From Squalus acanthias (lineage: Eukaryota), in assembly GCA_030390025.1 (NCBI GenBank), contig CM059448.1, positions 14,074,001 through 14,138,000 of the forward strand: DNA of 64,000 bases. The letters are read 5' to 3'. Made by a program: the position numbers and the translations under genes. Shown in pieces: positions 12,949 through 24,430 of this stretch; the stretch's first letter is position 1; every line of letters begins with the position of its first letter. The notes under the pieces were generated by a model. The model did no database searches. It was not told the DNA's origin and saw only the letters and a list, made by a program, of their open reading frames with translations.

Positions 12949-14251
12949 AAAGTGCACTTCAGTCTGCTATGACTAAGTATACCCTCTTGTACATGCACAG
13001 TTGCACTTGTATTTTACAGTAAACAGGAGCACGTAGTATGTGTTAGAAAGATAACATTGCTGGCATGAAGGTGGGGGGGGGGGGGGGGGGGGGGGGGGAG
13101 GGGAGGAGGGGATTATTTTAACAGTTCAATCATATCAGCCTGATGACTTTACCAAAAGTTATTAAAAGCACGGCTGACTAATCTACAATATGTACACAAA
13201 ATAGATTCCCTTAAATGTTGAGGACATGCCTTTAAAATAGTGGTGCATTGCACTTTTATATAAAAAGTGAATTTGTCTCATCTTCCACAACAATGGACCA
13301 TGGCATTACAAAATGAAAACTTCCACAAAGTTCATCGCTAAGACCATCTTTCTCCAACTAGAGAAAATGGAAAAAAGTCCAGAGTCCTTCGCAGTTGACA
13401 AAGCCAGTGCTGCCCTGTAGATCAACAGAAGACACACACTTCTGTGGGACAAGTTTCCAGAATTTTTCTACCTGCTACAACTCAGTTACAGGCATCAGTT
13501 GGATTTGAGTTCAGCCTAGAAGCCCAGCTACAAACTGACTAAGACATGCTGCATATGGGTTGGAAAGTTGGCAGCAACACAAAACAAACCAAGAACTACA
13601 AAAGTACAAAGCCAATATTCCAGTGACTAATAGGCTGCAATAATTCTGCTTTTTGCCTTTGATGGCAAAGTTTTGAAGCCAAAGTTTTTTTTGCCATTAA
13701 CATTGCCTGTGGTGAAGCTCTAATCTTAAGGTGATTGAGGGTGCATAGATCAATTTTGGAAAGGTCCTTGTTCATAGAAAGGATTTAATTAAGAAAAGCA
13801 GCGAAGGTTTCCGACTGATACTCTAGCATAATCCAGGAAAGCAAGCTGTCAAGTCATTAATTTTCATGTTTCATAATGAAAGGCAATAATTAGATGAACG
13901 CTTTCTTTAATTTGATTTTGTAAACTGGTCTGACAGCACCAGACTCTAATTGTTTATAATTTAAAATGTCCATAACTTAATGTGAGGAGGGCTGCCACAG
14001 CTGGAGAGGGCTCAATTTTACTGGCCAAGTAATATCTGCTTCAGTTTCACATCAAGCACTTCCTGTCAACATCAAACAGTGTGAAAGTTATAGAACCAAA
14101 ATGGAGTGAATGATGTCAACAGGAAGATATCCAAAGGGCTAGCAGCATGCACTGGCTTTAAATTTAACAGGCTCGCATGCAAGTAGCTGATATGTCCAGA
14201 TGGCAACAAAACCAATGCACCTGGTATTAATGGGGCATGGTAAAGGACCAG

Positions 14252-14291
14252 GAGAGAGAAAAGAGAGAGATAGAGAGAGAGAGAGAGAGAG
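14252..14291. repeat. (GA)n microsatellite, a (CT)n tract on the GIT1 sense strand
   Basis: Direct reading. Confidence 0.9.
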
Positions 14292-14799
14292 CACGCAAGC
14301 AAGAGAGTCAAGCGAGTGGGACAAGAGGGGCGAGCTCATAGGAGTGAGAATAATCTGCAGGCGCCAGCAGTAGATGAAGCTCAAGCAGCTTATGCTCAAA
14401 GGCTGGCAGTTTTTCCTTTTGATCAACTCTGAAGTGGCTAGTGGTTTCAGGTCCAGCACAGAGTGCACCAAGTCAACTTTACCATAATCACTCACCAGGC
14501 TCAGGGTGTGGATTTGAGAGCCAGCAGCATTCCAGGTGCCCATGTATTGCCCAAGTTGGGCTTCAGAAACTGAATGTATCTGGGGTGGAGGGATATGGGG
14601 ATAGTGGGCTACATGATCCAGGCAGAGAGAGCACAAGATACAGCTGCTCCAGCCTCAAGTCTGGTGGGGGGGGGGGGGGGGGGGGGAAGAGAGAAAGAGA
14701 ACCAGCATCTTAGTTTCTTGAAATTTATCTCATTTGCATGAACATGATACCAAACTGGGTGGGACAGTGTAATTGGAGGAAGCAGCTCAGAGTAAGCTG

Positions 14800-15220
14800 G
14801 ACAAAATAAAGGAGGGCAGATCAAATTTAACAGACAGGTGTTGCACATAGGATGGAAAAATAACACAAACACATACATACTTTATGAATGATGTTGAAAT
14901 AGCTAAAGATGAAGTGGAAAGAGATCTATGCGTTTTAGGAGACTTGATACTAAATATGTCTAACCAATGGAGAGCAGCAATCAACAAAACCAACAGAATG
15001 TTGAACTGCATTGGCAAATCACTTAAATGCAAGTCAGAGGAAGTCATGATCAAACTACTCTGTGTCAGACCACACCTTGAATACTATGTCCAGTTCTGGT
15101 TGCCAAGAAACAAGGGAAACATTCAATATCTTGGAGAAGAAAGATCCACTAAAGGTGTTGCAGTCTACAATCCCTTTCTCAGGATGGAAGCACTGGTGAG
15201 ACTACTGATATCCAGGGTTA
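14800..15220 (+). mobile_element. Old CR1 ORF2 C-terminal fragment
   Basis: ERDL.VL...NRML.CI...VRPHLEYYVQFW.P. Confidence 0.8.
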
Positions 15221-15659
15221 AAGGCTACTTGTGCAGAATTATTAAAGAAAAAGTGCACTTTCAAAATTAATTTGAAATACCATTTTTGTGGAAGTGAGAC
15301 TTTGATGAAAAGATGCCATCAAACTATTGTACATAACCTGAAGAATTATACAAAATATTAATTTATCCATCAGTTCTTGATGCTGATCAACCGGCCATGC
15401 AGCTGAATTTTCTGTTTTCAATTAGTTTTCTTTTGAACTTTATTGTAAATGATCTGATGGCACTATTGCAAAAATATTTTGCCTTTCAATACATCCAAAA
15501 ACAGAAAATGTAGAATCAAACCCTAGGCCCTTGGGAGTGCAAATTAAAAAATAACCAACTTTAAAATAGTTTTAAATCTTCTGTGCTATTTACTCTCAAA
15601 ACATCAGCAAAATTTAACCACTGACTTTGCTACGAGAATCCTCATTCACATTCACTCAC

Positions 15660-15812
15660 CTGCATTTGAAGTCTGCGCAGTTCCTCACTAAGGTTGTTAT
15701 TTACTTTCATTAGCTGCTGAACCTTGGCCTCAGATGCAGCCAAAGCTTTTTTCACCTCCAAATACTCCTGCAGTGTTATGGGGCCGTCTGATAAGTCGGA
15801 TGAATCCATGCT
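15660..15812 (-). CDS. GIT1: GIT1 coiled-coil exon SMDSSDLSDGPITLQEYLEVKKALAASEAKVQQLMKVNNNLSEELRRLQMQ
   Basis: atttag|AGCATG...ATGCAG|gtgagt; 153 nt, phase 0/0. Confidence 0.97.
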
Positions 15813-16666
15813 CTAAATATTAACAAATGTTTTTTTTTAAAAATTGAACAGCCACAATACTCAAGCAACTTAGGGCTTTCATCATTAAAATAAGGCTGTA
15901 AAAGCACCAAATTCATCGCTGAAGCAGGCCATATACAGCACATTGACAGAACCGGAAAGAACGTGTTGTTGGTCGCTTGCCTCTTGTGCTGCTCCCCTGC
16001 CTTTCCTTTTCCTCTTCTGTCCCCCTCCTAGTTCATGGAGGCATGCTTCCTCCCCATTTCCACCCATCCACTTCATGGAGGCACCTCTCTCCACTTGATC
16101 AGCTATACAACAGTGCTTCCAACTCATTCTGTGGTGCTAGTTTTTTGGTGAATCCAAAGCCAGCTGCTATGGGTGCAAATTCCTGACCCAACAATACTAT
16201 TTTCCGGGGGGGAGGGGGAGGGAGAAGAACTTCCCCTGATTTAATGGCAGACATGTGGTCCAGATTTAACAACTTACAATCCAGATGTGGGCTGTGGCCC
16301 ACCATTTGAGCAGCCCAACAGTAGAGACGGAGGAGTAAATGGAGTGGGGGCTAGCAGTGATCTTATTTTCACAGGCAATGCAGTACAGGTAGTCTCAATG
16401 AACAAATTTTATTCAGTTGCTATGATGTGTGGTGGCAGATTGTTGGACAGGCTTTTCTACAGTTTCACTTTTATGAATTTATTTAGCTGTAATTGCAGTG
16501 ACAGAGCTACTTTTCTATATTAAGCTCCATCTTCCCTCAGTGCCCCTCAAAAAGCATATTTCAATAATGCATCATAGTTTAAATTTCTAGCACTCGGAAG
16601 CAGTTGCTCTTTTGAGGTTTTTCTCTTGTAAAAAAAAATATGTTCACAAAGGGTCAACGTTACTAC

Positions 16667-17138
16667 GCAGACGGGGCCTCGGTTTAACATCTCATCCGAA
16701 AGACAGCACCTCAGACAGTGCAGCACTCCCTCAGCACTGCTCTCAGGTGGACGTAAAAGATCCCATGGCACTATTTTGAAGAGGAGCAGGGGAGTTATCC
16801 CCGGTGTCCTGGCCAATATTTATCCCTCAATCAACATCACTAAAACAGATTATCTGGTCATTATCACATTGCTATTTGTGGGAGCTTGCTGTGTGCAAAT
16901 TGGCTGCTGCGTTTCCCACATCACAACAGTGACTACACTTCAAAAGTACTTCATTGGCTATGAAGTGCTTTGAGACGTCCGGTGGTCGTGAAAGGCGCTA
17001 TACAAATGCAAGTCTTTCTTTTTTTCTTTCACTGGAGTGTCAGCCTAGATTTTTGTGCTCAAGTCTCTGGAGGTGGACTTAAACCCACAACCTTCTGACT
17101 CAGAGCGAGAGTGCTACCCACTGAGCTACAGCTGACAC
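16667..17138. mobile_element. SacSINE1-like DeuSINE, internally rearranged
   Basis: Three segments match the copy at 48535-48991 in mixed orientation. Confidence 0.88.
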
Positions 17139-19540
17139 GGGTCTATGGCATATGGAATTTATCCCACACATTCAAGCCTGTCACTTGAAAGCTTCCCCCC
17201 CTATATGCTGGCTGTTGAACATGTATCAAAATACTCAACTGAATGACTGGGTAACATAGCACATCAAAACTCTTTCTGGGAAATGGGCTACATCAGCACA
17301 GATAGGAGATGAGCTCTCTCTTTTAAGTGATTAATCATCATAAAGAGAATTTGGGAACAATCCCGATTCAGCTCCAAGTGATTTAAAAGCTGCCATTAAT
17401 GCTTCATCAAGAAAAAAAAACCTTCACAGGGAAGGCACAAATATGTGCATCAGTTACAGCTAAAATACAAGGACAGCACCTAGGTGCTCTGACAAGAGGC
17501 TATTGTCTGAGGCAAGTGTTATTTAGCACCTAGCAACTAGAATATGCAATGCACCAAAACATTTAAATGGCGTACGTTCAAAGCTCTTGTAGCCATGCTC
17601 AATATAGGAGCAATGAAAGGAGATACTGTTTTGCATCTGTTTCTTAATCTCTAACTTAGACCTTGGCTGCACACCAGACTACAAAAATGACACTTTAAAA
17701 AAAAACACAAGTGTGGTCAAGACCTAAACTAGTCTTCTGTGACTGGCAAGCGTAATGGTATTTCCTGTCGTTCCACAAGATTTTTGACTCACAGCAGAAT
17801 TATGTTGCAATGTGCATGTACTCTTTATTGGACCAATTTAAAAACTTGAAGTTTCCATCAACAGAAGATTTAAACTTGATCTACTGTATGTACGCCACAG
17901 CACAATAAAAATAAATGTCCAACATCAGACTGTAGCAGTGCTGAAAGCAACAACCCTTGTGGTGTTATTATGATACCTGCCGGTGAAATTACCTTGGATC
18001 TATAGATCAATGTTTTGGTGGGGAGGGTCAAAGAGCGCTAGAATTAGGAATAGAAATGGGTAGAATAAATGGGACTCACCTAGACACGCAGCACAATCCA
18101 GATTAATGATTATTCTAAGTTTTTACATGAAAATTAATTCAAAGCATCGGTTAATCTGGAAAACTGACCCAAATTTGGAAACTTCTGCTTTGTTCAAGAC
18201 TAGTCAACTGGAGACAAAAATGTACACTGCCAGTACTCAGATAGCCATTAACTTGCTTACTTGCCTTCCCCCACAACACAAAGTACAGCAATTACACAGG
18301 GGAACCTGCCAAGGCACCTCAACTGCCAATACTGAATTTAACATAGAAGAGAATGTTTGATGGAAAACAAAATCTCTAAAGATTTGCATTAGATATGCCG
18401 TGATAGAAATGGCATTCTATACTAGGGGTGAAGGAATCCATTGCGGTTTTCTTTAGATACTCAGGATCAAAAGGTTTGAGGCAATGTGCAGTTGAAAGCA
18501 GGTTGGTACAAATCACCGTTCATACCAATTTTGTTTTATAAACAAGATATAAACTTAGTTCCAGCAGGTCTGATGTACAATTCCTCTATTACTTCAAATT
18601 TAGGATGTGTACCAACTACATTTGAGAAAAAAAAAACTGTCCTACTTTCTGCAACTTGAAAATGTAATGAATAAATTGTGCAAAGATATGTACTAAATCG
18701 AACAGATAATCCTTCAGGTCACGCATCAAAAGAATATAACTGAAGACTGAAAATTAAGAGATGCATGACCCAAACCTTTATTTTTAATATATATCGACAC
18801 AAAATCATTTAAGTTACAGTTTGCCAACATTTAGCTTTAACAAAAAAAAGTCAATCTGTGCCAACACTTTACAGTATAGGAAACTTATCAAACCCAGTTA
18901 GGTAGCAAAGAAATATTTATTGAGTCCACATGAAACTTCTTGGTCACAAAAGAAAATATTTAAAATTAAGGACAAGGAAAAGATGAGGCTACAAAAATCA
19001 ATTGATTATGAATGAACCGATCACTGATTGACATCGGCCTCAGAACCCATAAATATGTCCCAAGTGGGACGCAACAGTCATTCATTTTACTATTCGATCA
19101 CCTCCCTTGGTTTTTCCCCCGACCATCCAATTCCAAGCATGTGTGTTACAAGATGGCATAGTGATGTAGAACATACGAGTTTCAATGAGCTAATTTGTAT
19201 GGAAGGACATAGGTTTGCACAGATTCCCCATAATGTGATCTTGTCGCAGCTGTGTCATCAAAAGGCAAAGAGTGAGTAAACAGTGGAAGGCAAGTCACCG
19301 CAATAACCAGCTGCGTTAGCAAAGACATGCAAGCAGGTTTCCAGCTCACCCTTCTGAGAAATGGCAAGCGTGGAAAGACATTGGGAATAGAAGTGAATTT
19401 TAAAAATATATGTTGCTGCCGCTGTTCGCAAGCCAGAAACAAACTAGATGTAGCAAAAGCAATTTTTAAAACTCGAGTCCTCCATTAATTTATCCGATTT
19501 AAAATCATGCAAGCTGCCAACTGGAGATCTCACTTCTCAC

Positions 19541-19692
19541 CTTGGCTCGGTTGTTTCTGGACGAGGATGCGTTTCGGTGCAACTCAGCGTCTGTGTCCTC
19601 ATCAGAAGCTACACTATCGTAATCGTGCTGATCATCGCCAAAATCACTGTCGGGACGATCATTTTGGTTCCGTAGAAGATATTCAATATTTT
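19541..19692 (-). CDS. GIT1: GIT1 exon ENIEYLLRNQNDRPDSDFGDDQHDYDSVASDEDTDAELHRNASSSRNNRAK
   Basis: cattcag|AAAAT...GCCAAG|gtgaga; 152 nt, phase 1/0; DDQHDYDSVASDEDTD motif. Confidence 0.96.
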
Positions 19693-20624
19693 CTGAATGA
19701 AAAGAAGGGAGCTTAGTTTGCCATTACAGCTTTATTTATTTTGCTTGTGTTTAAGGGGTTAAGTTAATAATCACACACAGATGCATACAAGAAAAGTTGG
19801 CATTGTACTACTGGAGGTGCTAGGCAGACACTTCCCACAGGCAGAGTGGGAAAATCTGTCAGTCTGCCCACTCCAGTCATGTACCTCCGAGCAATCCAAT
19901 ACACACAGCTCCAGCAACACGTCAGCAACTCTCACATCTGGGGAATGGTTTTTGTGAATCTAAAATATACACAGGATGCAAGGAGCTGATAGCGGCTAGC
20001 AGTCTTCTGAAAGAATTCGGGGAAATAACAGAGCAAGAAAACGCAAGTCTGGTGAGAGCTTATGGTTGTTCCAAAACAAAATCCTAGATATGCTAGTGAG
20101 TGTATGTAAAGTATTTTTTCCATAAAAGAAACCCATTCCCCAATAAAGGGAGCAGACTACAAAATGATGGTGAATCATTTTATTTGTAAAATAATTTTGA
20201 ACAGAAATTGTGTAAAAGTTAGAAAGAGAGAGAATGCTAGAAAAGAAGAAAGCTACATAAAAATCTCCAGCAGGTAAGTACTATTAAATCTTGATACCTT
20301 TGGTCAAAATCAGTGTCAGTGTGCATTGGTAGTGCATGAAAACCAATAAAATCGGCAGCAGCAGATTACACAGGTAATTGAAACAGCTCTATGGTTCACA
20401 CAATTAGTTGTAACGTTTTAAATTGGGAAAAAAACATGAATGTTACTGCTTTACTTTCAAACTTTTTGAATCTCAATAATTTTCTCAATTCAAAATAGGT
20501 GGTGGCGAGTTTTTAGGGGTGGCATGGAGGAAGAACTACTTTCAATACAAAGTACTTTCCCTCAACACTCAAGACATCTTAAAAGTGAATTTATCCAGTC
20601 TCTTCAAAATTTGTTCGAGATGTT

Positions 20625-21260
20625 TTAAGGCCATATTTATTGCCCATTCCTAGTTGCCCCAAGGTGGTGGTCGTGGTGGGCCGCCTTCTTGAACTGCTGC
20701 AGTCCTTGCAGCGATGGTGCTCCCACAATGCTGTTAGTAGAGAATTCCAGGATTTTGTTCCAGCAAGTGAAGGAACAGTGATACATGTCCAAATCAGAAT
20801 GGCGTGCAACTAGAGAGGAACAAATTCCCATGACATTGCTGCCCTTGTTTTTCAGTGGTAGAGGTTGTGGCTTGGAGACAGGGTTATGAGGTGCTGCTGA
20901 AGTAAGATGGAGACATGCCACAGTGGATCCTGTGGATAGCACATATTCAGCCACAATGAGTCAGTGGTGGAGGGTTGAATAATGAGTCGAATGGCAGGGG
21001 TGTCAGTCAAGCATACTACGCTGTCCTGGGAGTTATTGGACCTTTGAGTGTTGTTGCTGCACCTATCTAGGCAAGTGGATTCTATCACACTCCTGACTAT
21101 TGACCTGCGGAGAGGCTGTTGAGGGCTCAGGAGGTGAGCCACTCAGCATATCTAACCTCTGTCTTGCTATGGTGCTGATATGCTGGTCCAGTTAAGCTTC
21201 TGGTGAATGGTGACCGCTAAGATGTTGGGGTACACAGCAGTGGTGGTGTCACTGAAGGTC
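20625..21260 (-). mobile_element. Non-LTR retroelement 3' fragment, same family as 61090-61530; clade uncertain
   Basis: Shared GLQQFKKAAHHH.L end and GGGCAATAAAT 3' UTR. Confidence 0.8.
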
Positions 21261-22927
21261 AGGTGGTGGTGGTGGTGGAGTTTTTACTTGAGAACAACAC
21301 ACACTTCAGGTATATTGTCAGCCAGGGTGGCGGTGTAGGTATTACAAATGGCTTCAGTATTCTTGGGCTTTGGGAGAGTAGGTCAGAGGGATAGGGAGGG
21401 GGAAGAGAAGATAAGTCTGGAAATCAGTTACTGTTCCCACTTTTGATCATTAGCTAGAGTGGGCCGGCTAATTGCACATGCAAAGATACCTAGAAAGGTC
21501 AAGATCTAGAAACAACACTTTTCCTCTCTTTGATCTCTCTCTCTCTACACCCTTGAATAGCCTGACTGACTGCATGAGGCAGCACCTTCATAAATAAGAG
21601 AAAGGAGGGATAGAATAGGGCAGACTGTTCCAGGCACCACTTTCCCCACCTGTGAAATACCATGAGAAGATACAACCTACAGACATCAACAAGGATCAGT
21701 CTGGAACAGAATGGAATGTGCAGCCACATCTATGTTTGTAGGTTTCTCAGGATCTGTGATTTTTGTTACTGGTTGAGAGGTTCTCTGACCGCTGTTTGCT
21801 AAGCAATGGAGAATATCAGCCAGTAAACAAATTCAAACAAAACATATTATATAAACAAAATATCTTCTAGATCACTGATGTGCGAGCTTGTGGAATCAAA
21901 ATTGCTTCAACATGTAGTATTTCAAACTTTTCAAAACGGTCTCTTTTTTTTGCATGAAAATATGAATATCTCCCACTGATTACAATATTTTTTGCCTAGT
22001 ACTCAAAGGCTCTCATATTTGTATTTCATTGTACACCACTGAACTCTGAATCTCAGATGAATCACTGTGGAAAGGTATTATGTTGGGAAGGGAGGGAACA
22101 GAGTCATCCTCAGGGTATTTATGCATGCCTCCGGGCATCTCGTTTAAAGTGGGATTTTCAGTAGTCAAACAGCATCATCTGCCCACTGTATCTGCCCTTT
22201 GAGTGGCAGACCAAAAATGTGAGGGGTGGTAGGGAATTAAATACCCTTAAAAAAAAAAATTGAGTTTTAAGTTTAATATGCAAAATCAATGACATTTAGA
22301 CTCCCTAGTGTCTAATTTGCCTAAATATTTCTGAACTGTGCCATATTTATATCTAAAGCTTACATTAGTTCTATTAGGCTGGGTGTGCGAGGAGAATGCC
22401 ACTATGTGACCACTAGGGGGCTCAAGGGCTGCTCATCCACTCATTTGGCAACGCTTCTCCACATCACCCTGAATGATAGTCTGGAGATTGGAACTGAGCC
22501 ACGTCAGAGAGTGTGAATCAGTGTCTCACTGCACTACGATGCATTAGAGCATCTGAAATGATTTTAAACCGATTATGCTGTAAAAACAAATAATTTGAGT
22601 GAACATTTCAAGATACTGCAATTGCAGCAGAAATACCGAACCACGTCATTATTCCCAAACCCCTCATTAAATACACTGGGTCACAGAAGATATTTTAAGC
22701 TGGTTAACACGGGCATCTTCACAAAAATGGAGGGGACAGAATAGAAAGGCTAAGTGCCACCATTAACAAGCTTAACGTCCCTATTTTTGTGTTACATTGT
22801 GTAATTACTGAGAGTGTAAAATCTCAGCTAATTAGTGATCAAGTCATTATACAGATATATAAACTTTTGAAAGCTTTAAAAAAAAAGTTATATACATTGC
22901 TTTGAAAGTTTTTAAAAAGTTACTTAC

Positions 22928-23039
22928 CTATTGGACTACCTAGTGTCTTTCCATGCTGCCTTCTCTTTGCATCACTAAGAATGTCAATAATCAGGGTTGC
23001 AAACTCCCGGGCATTAAACCTGGCAAGTTTTTGCCGTCC
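22928..23039 (-). CDS. GIT1: GIT1 exon GRQKLARFNAREFATLIIDILSDAKRRQHGKTLGSPI (SHD2)
   Basis: ttttcag|GGACGG...CCAATAG|gtaagt; 112 nt, phase 0/1. Confidence 0.97.
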
Positions 23040-24430
23040 CTGAAAAGAAGAATATTGTAAATTGAGAATTTATCAATGGTTAACTGTGAGGTTTTGCAAG
23101 ACTTGTAACAAGAGGTCTTCTTTGTTAAAAGTCCTTCGGCTCGAACTGAAGACAGAGGCTTTCTTCTCTGCGAATGTTTTTCTCTTGTCCCTCGTCTGGC
23201 CGCAGTCTGCTGACCCACTTTCAAATAGTTTTTAAACCACACAGCCAAAGTAACCAATGATCACTGGGATCACTTGAACCCAGCTGGGGAAATATGCAAG
23301 GCGTGCCAGCAGCTGAGCCAATCAAAAGCCACTGAACTTTGAGATTTCAAAGCAAGAAAAAAAAATAATAAAAATTCGATAGAGACCACAGGGCCAGAAC
23401 ACGCCAAGGAATAAACTGTTCATTGTTAAAAATAGATCAGATTTTCCCTCATTTACAGTGCACAAGCATAAACATAGGAATGTGGGCTGAAAAGGGAATG
23501 CAGAGCCACTGTAATCCTCCACAGGTTTAGCTGACCTGCTGCTATTTATTATGTCAATGCAATTCAGATCAGAACAGTAACGGGACTGTATTTTCCCTTG
23601 TATCAAATTCTTTTTTAAAAATGTGACCTCAGTTTTAAAACATCTTTGCAGACCCTAGATGAAAACCATTCCACACATTCTAATGTAGCGGCACTTCATT
23701 TTGCACAGATGAGCTGCACAGAAACATGCGAGAAATAATACCCAGCATCTGGTAGGAACAAGTTTTTTTTTAAATGCGCACACACAAAAAAAGTTACATC
23801 AATAGGCAAGTGGGAGAATATTGTTACCTTAATCAGTTTAAGCTGACAGAGCTGCCTGTGATGTGGAATTAGGCAAGGCTGGTCATATAGGTGCAGAGGC
23901 CCTGAGAAACTTTCAAACCAACTCCAACGGAGTACATTCAAAATGTGCATGACTGACAAATATAATAGCTAACCGATGCAATAGGGACAATATTCTCATG
24001 CTACATTTTTACTGCAGCTACCAGGTTCAGACACATATACAAAGTACGATGTTAAGCTGACAGATCCAGGTTCTACTGCCAGTTTAACTTGCATTGATTT
24101 CAACAATGAGCAGCTCTATGTGCGCTTGAACACGTGCAGAGCTCTGCACCTTGGCCAGCTAAAGTTTACTGTTGAGAACGTGGGCAGTAGTAATCACTTT
24201 CTCCCACCATTAAAACATTGAAAAGCAAGTGTATAAAGTGCCCAGGACCACCTGGAAATTTCTAAAATGTAGCTTTGAGTTATACTCATTCAGTGCAAAA
24301 TCAAAATCGGAACTATCTTTTTATTGTGGGAATCACAACAGTCATTCTTGTGCACGCAGGAGTCAGTGGCCACCTAAATCCCAAGCTACACGACCACTTT
24401 CAGGTGAACACCTGGAACCACTCGGTTTCA

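Noticed and set aside
16776-16973. Near-identical small ORFs at 16776 (+) and 48590 (-) as a peptide family
   Set aside because: Both are translations of the same SINE core
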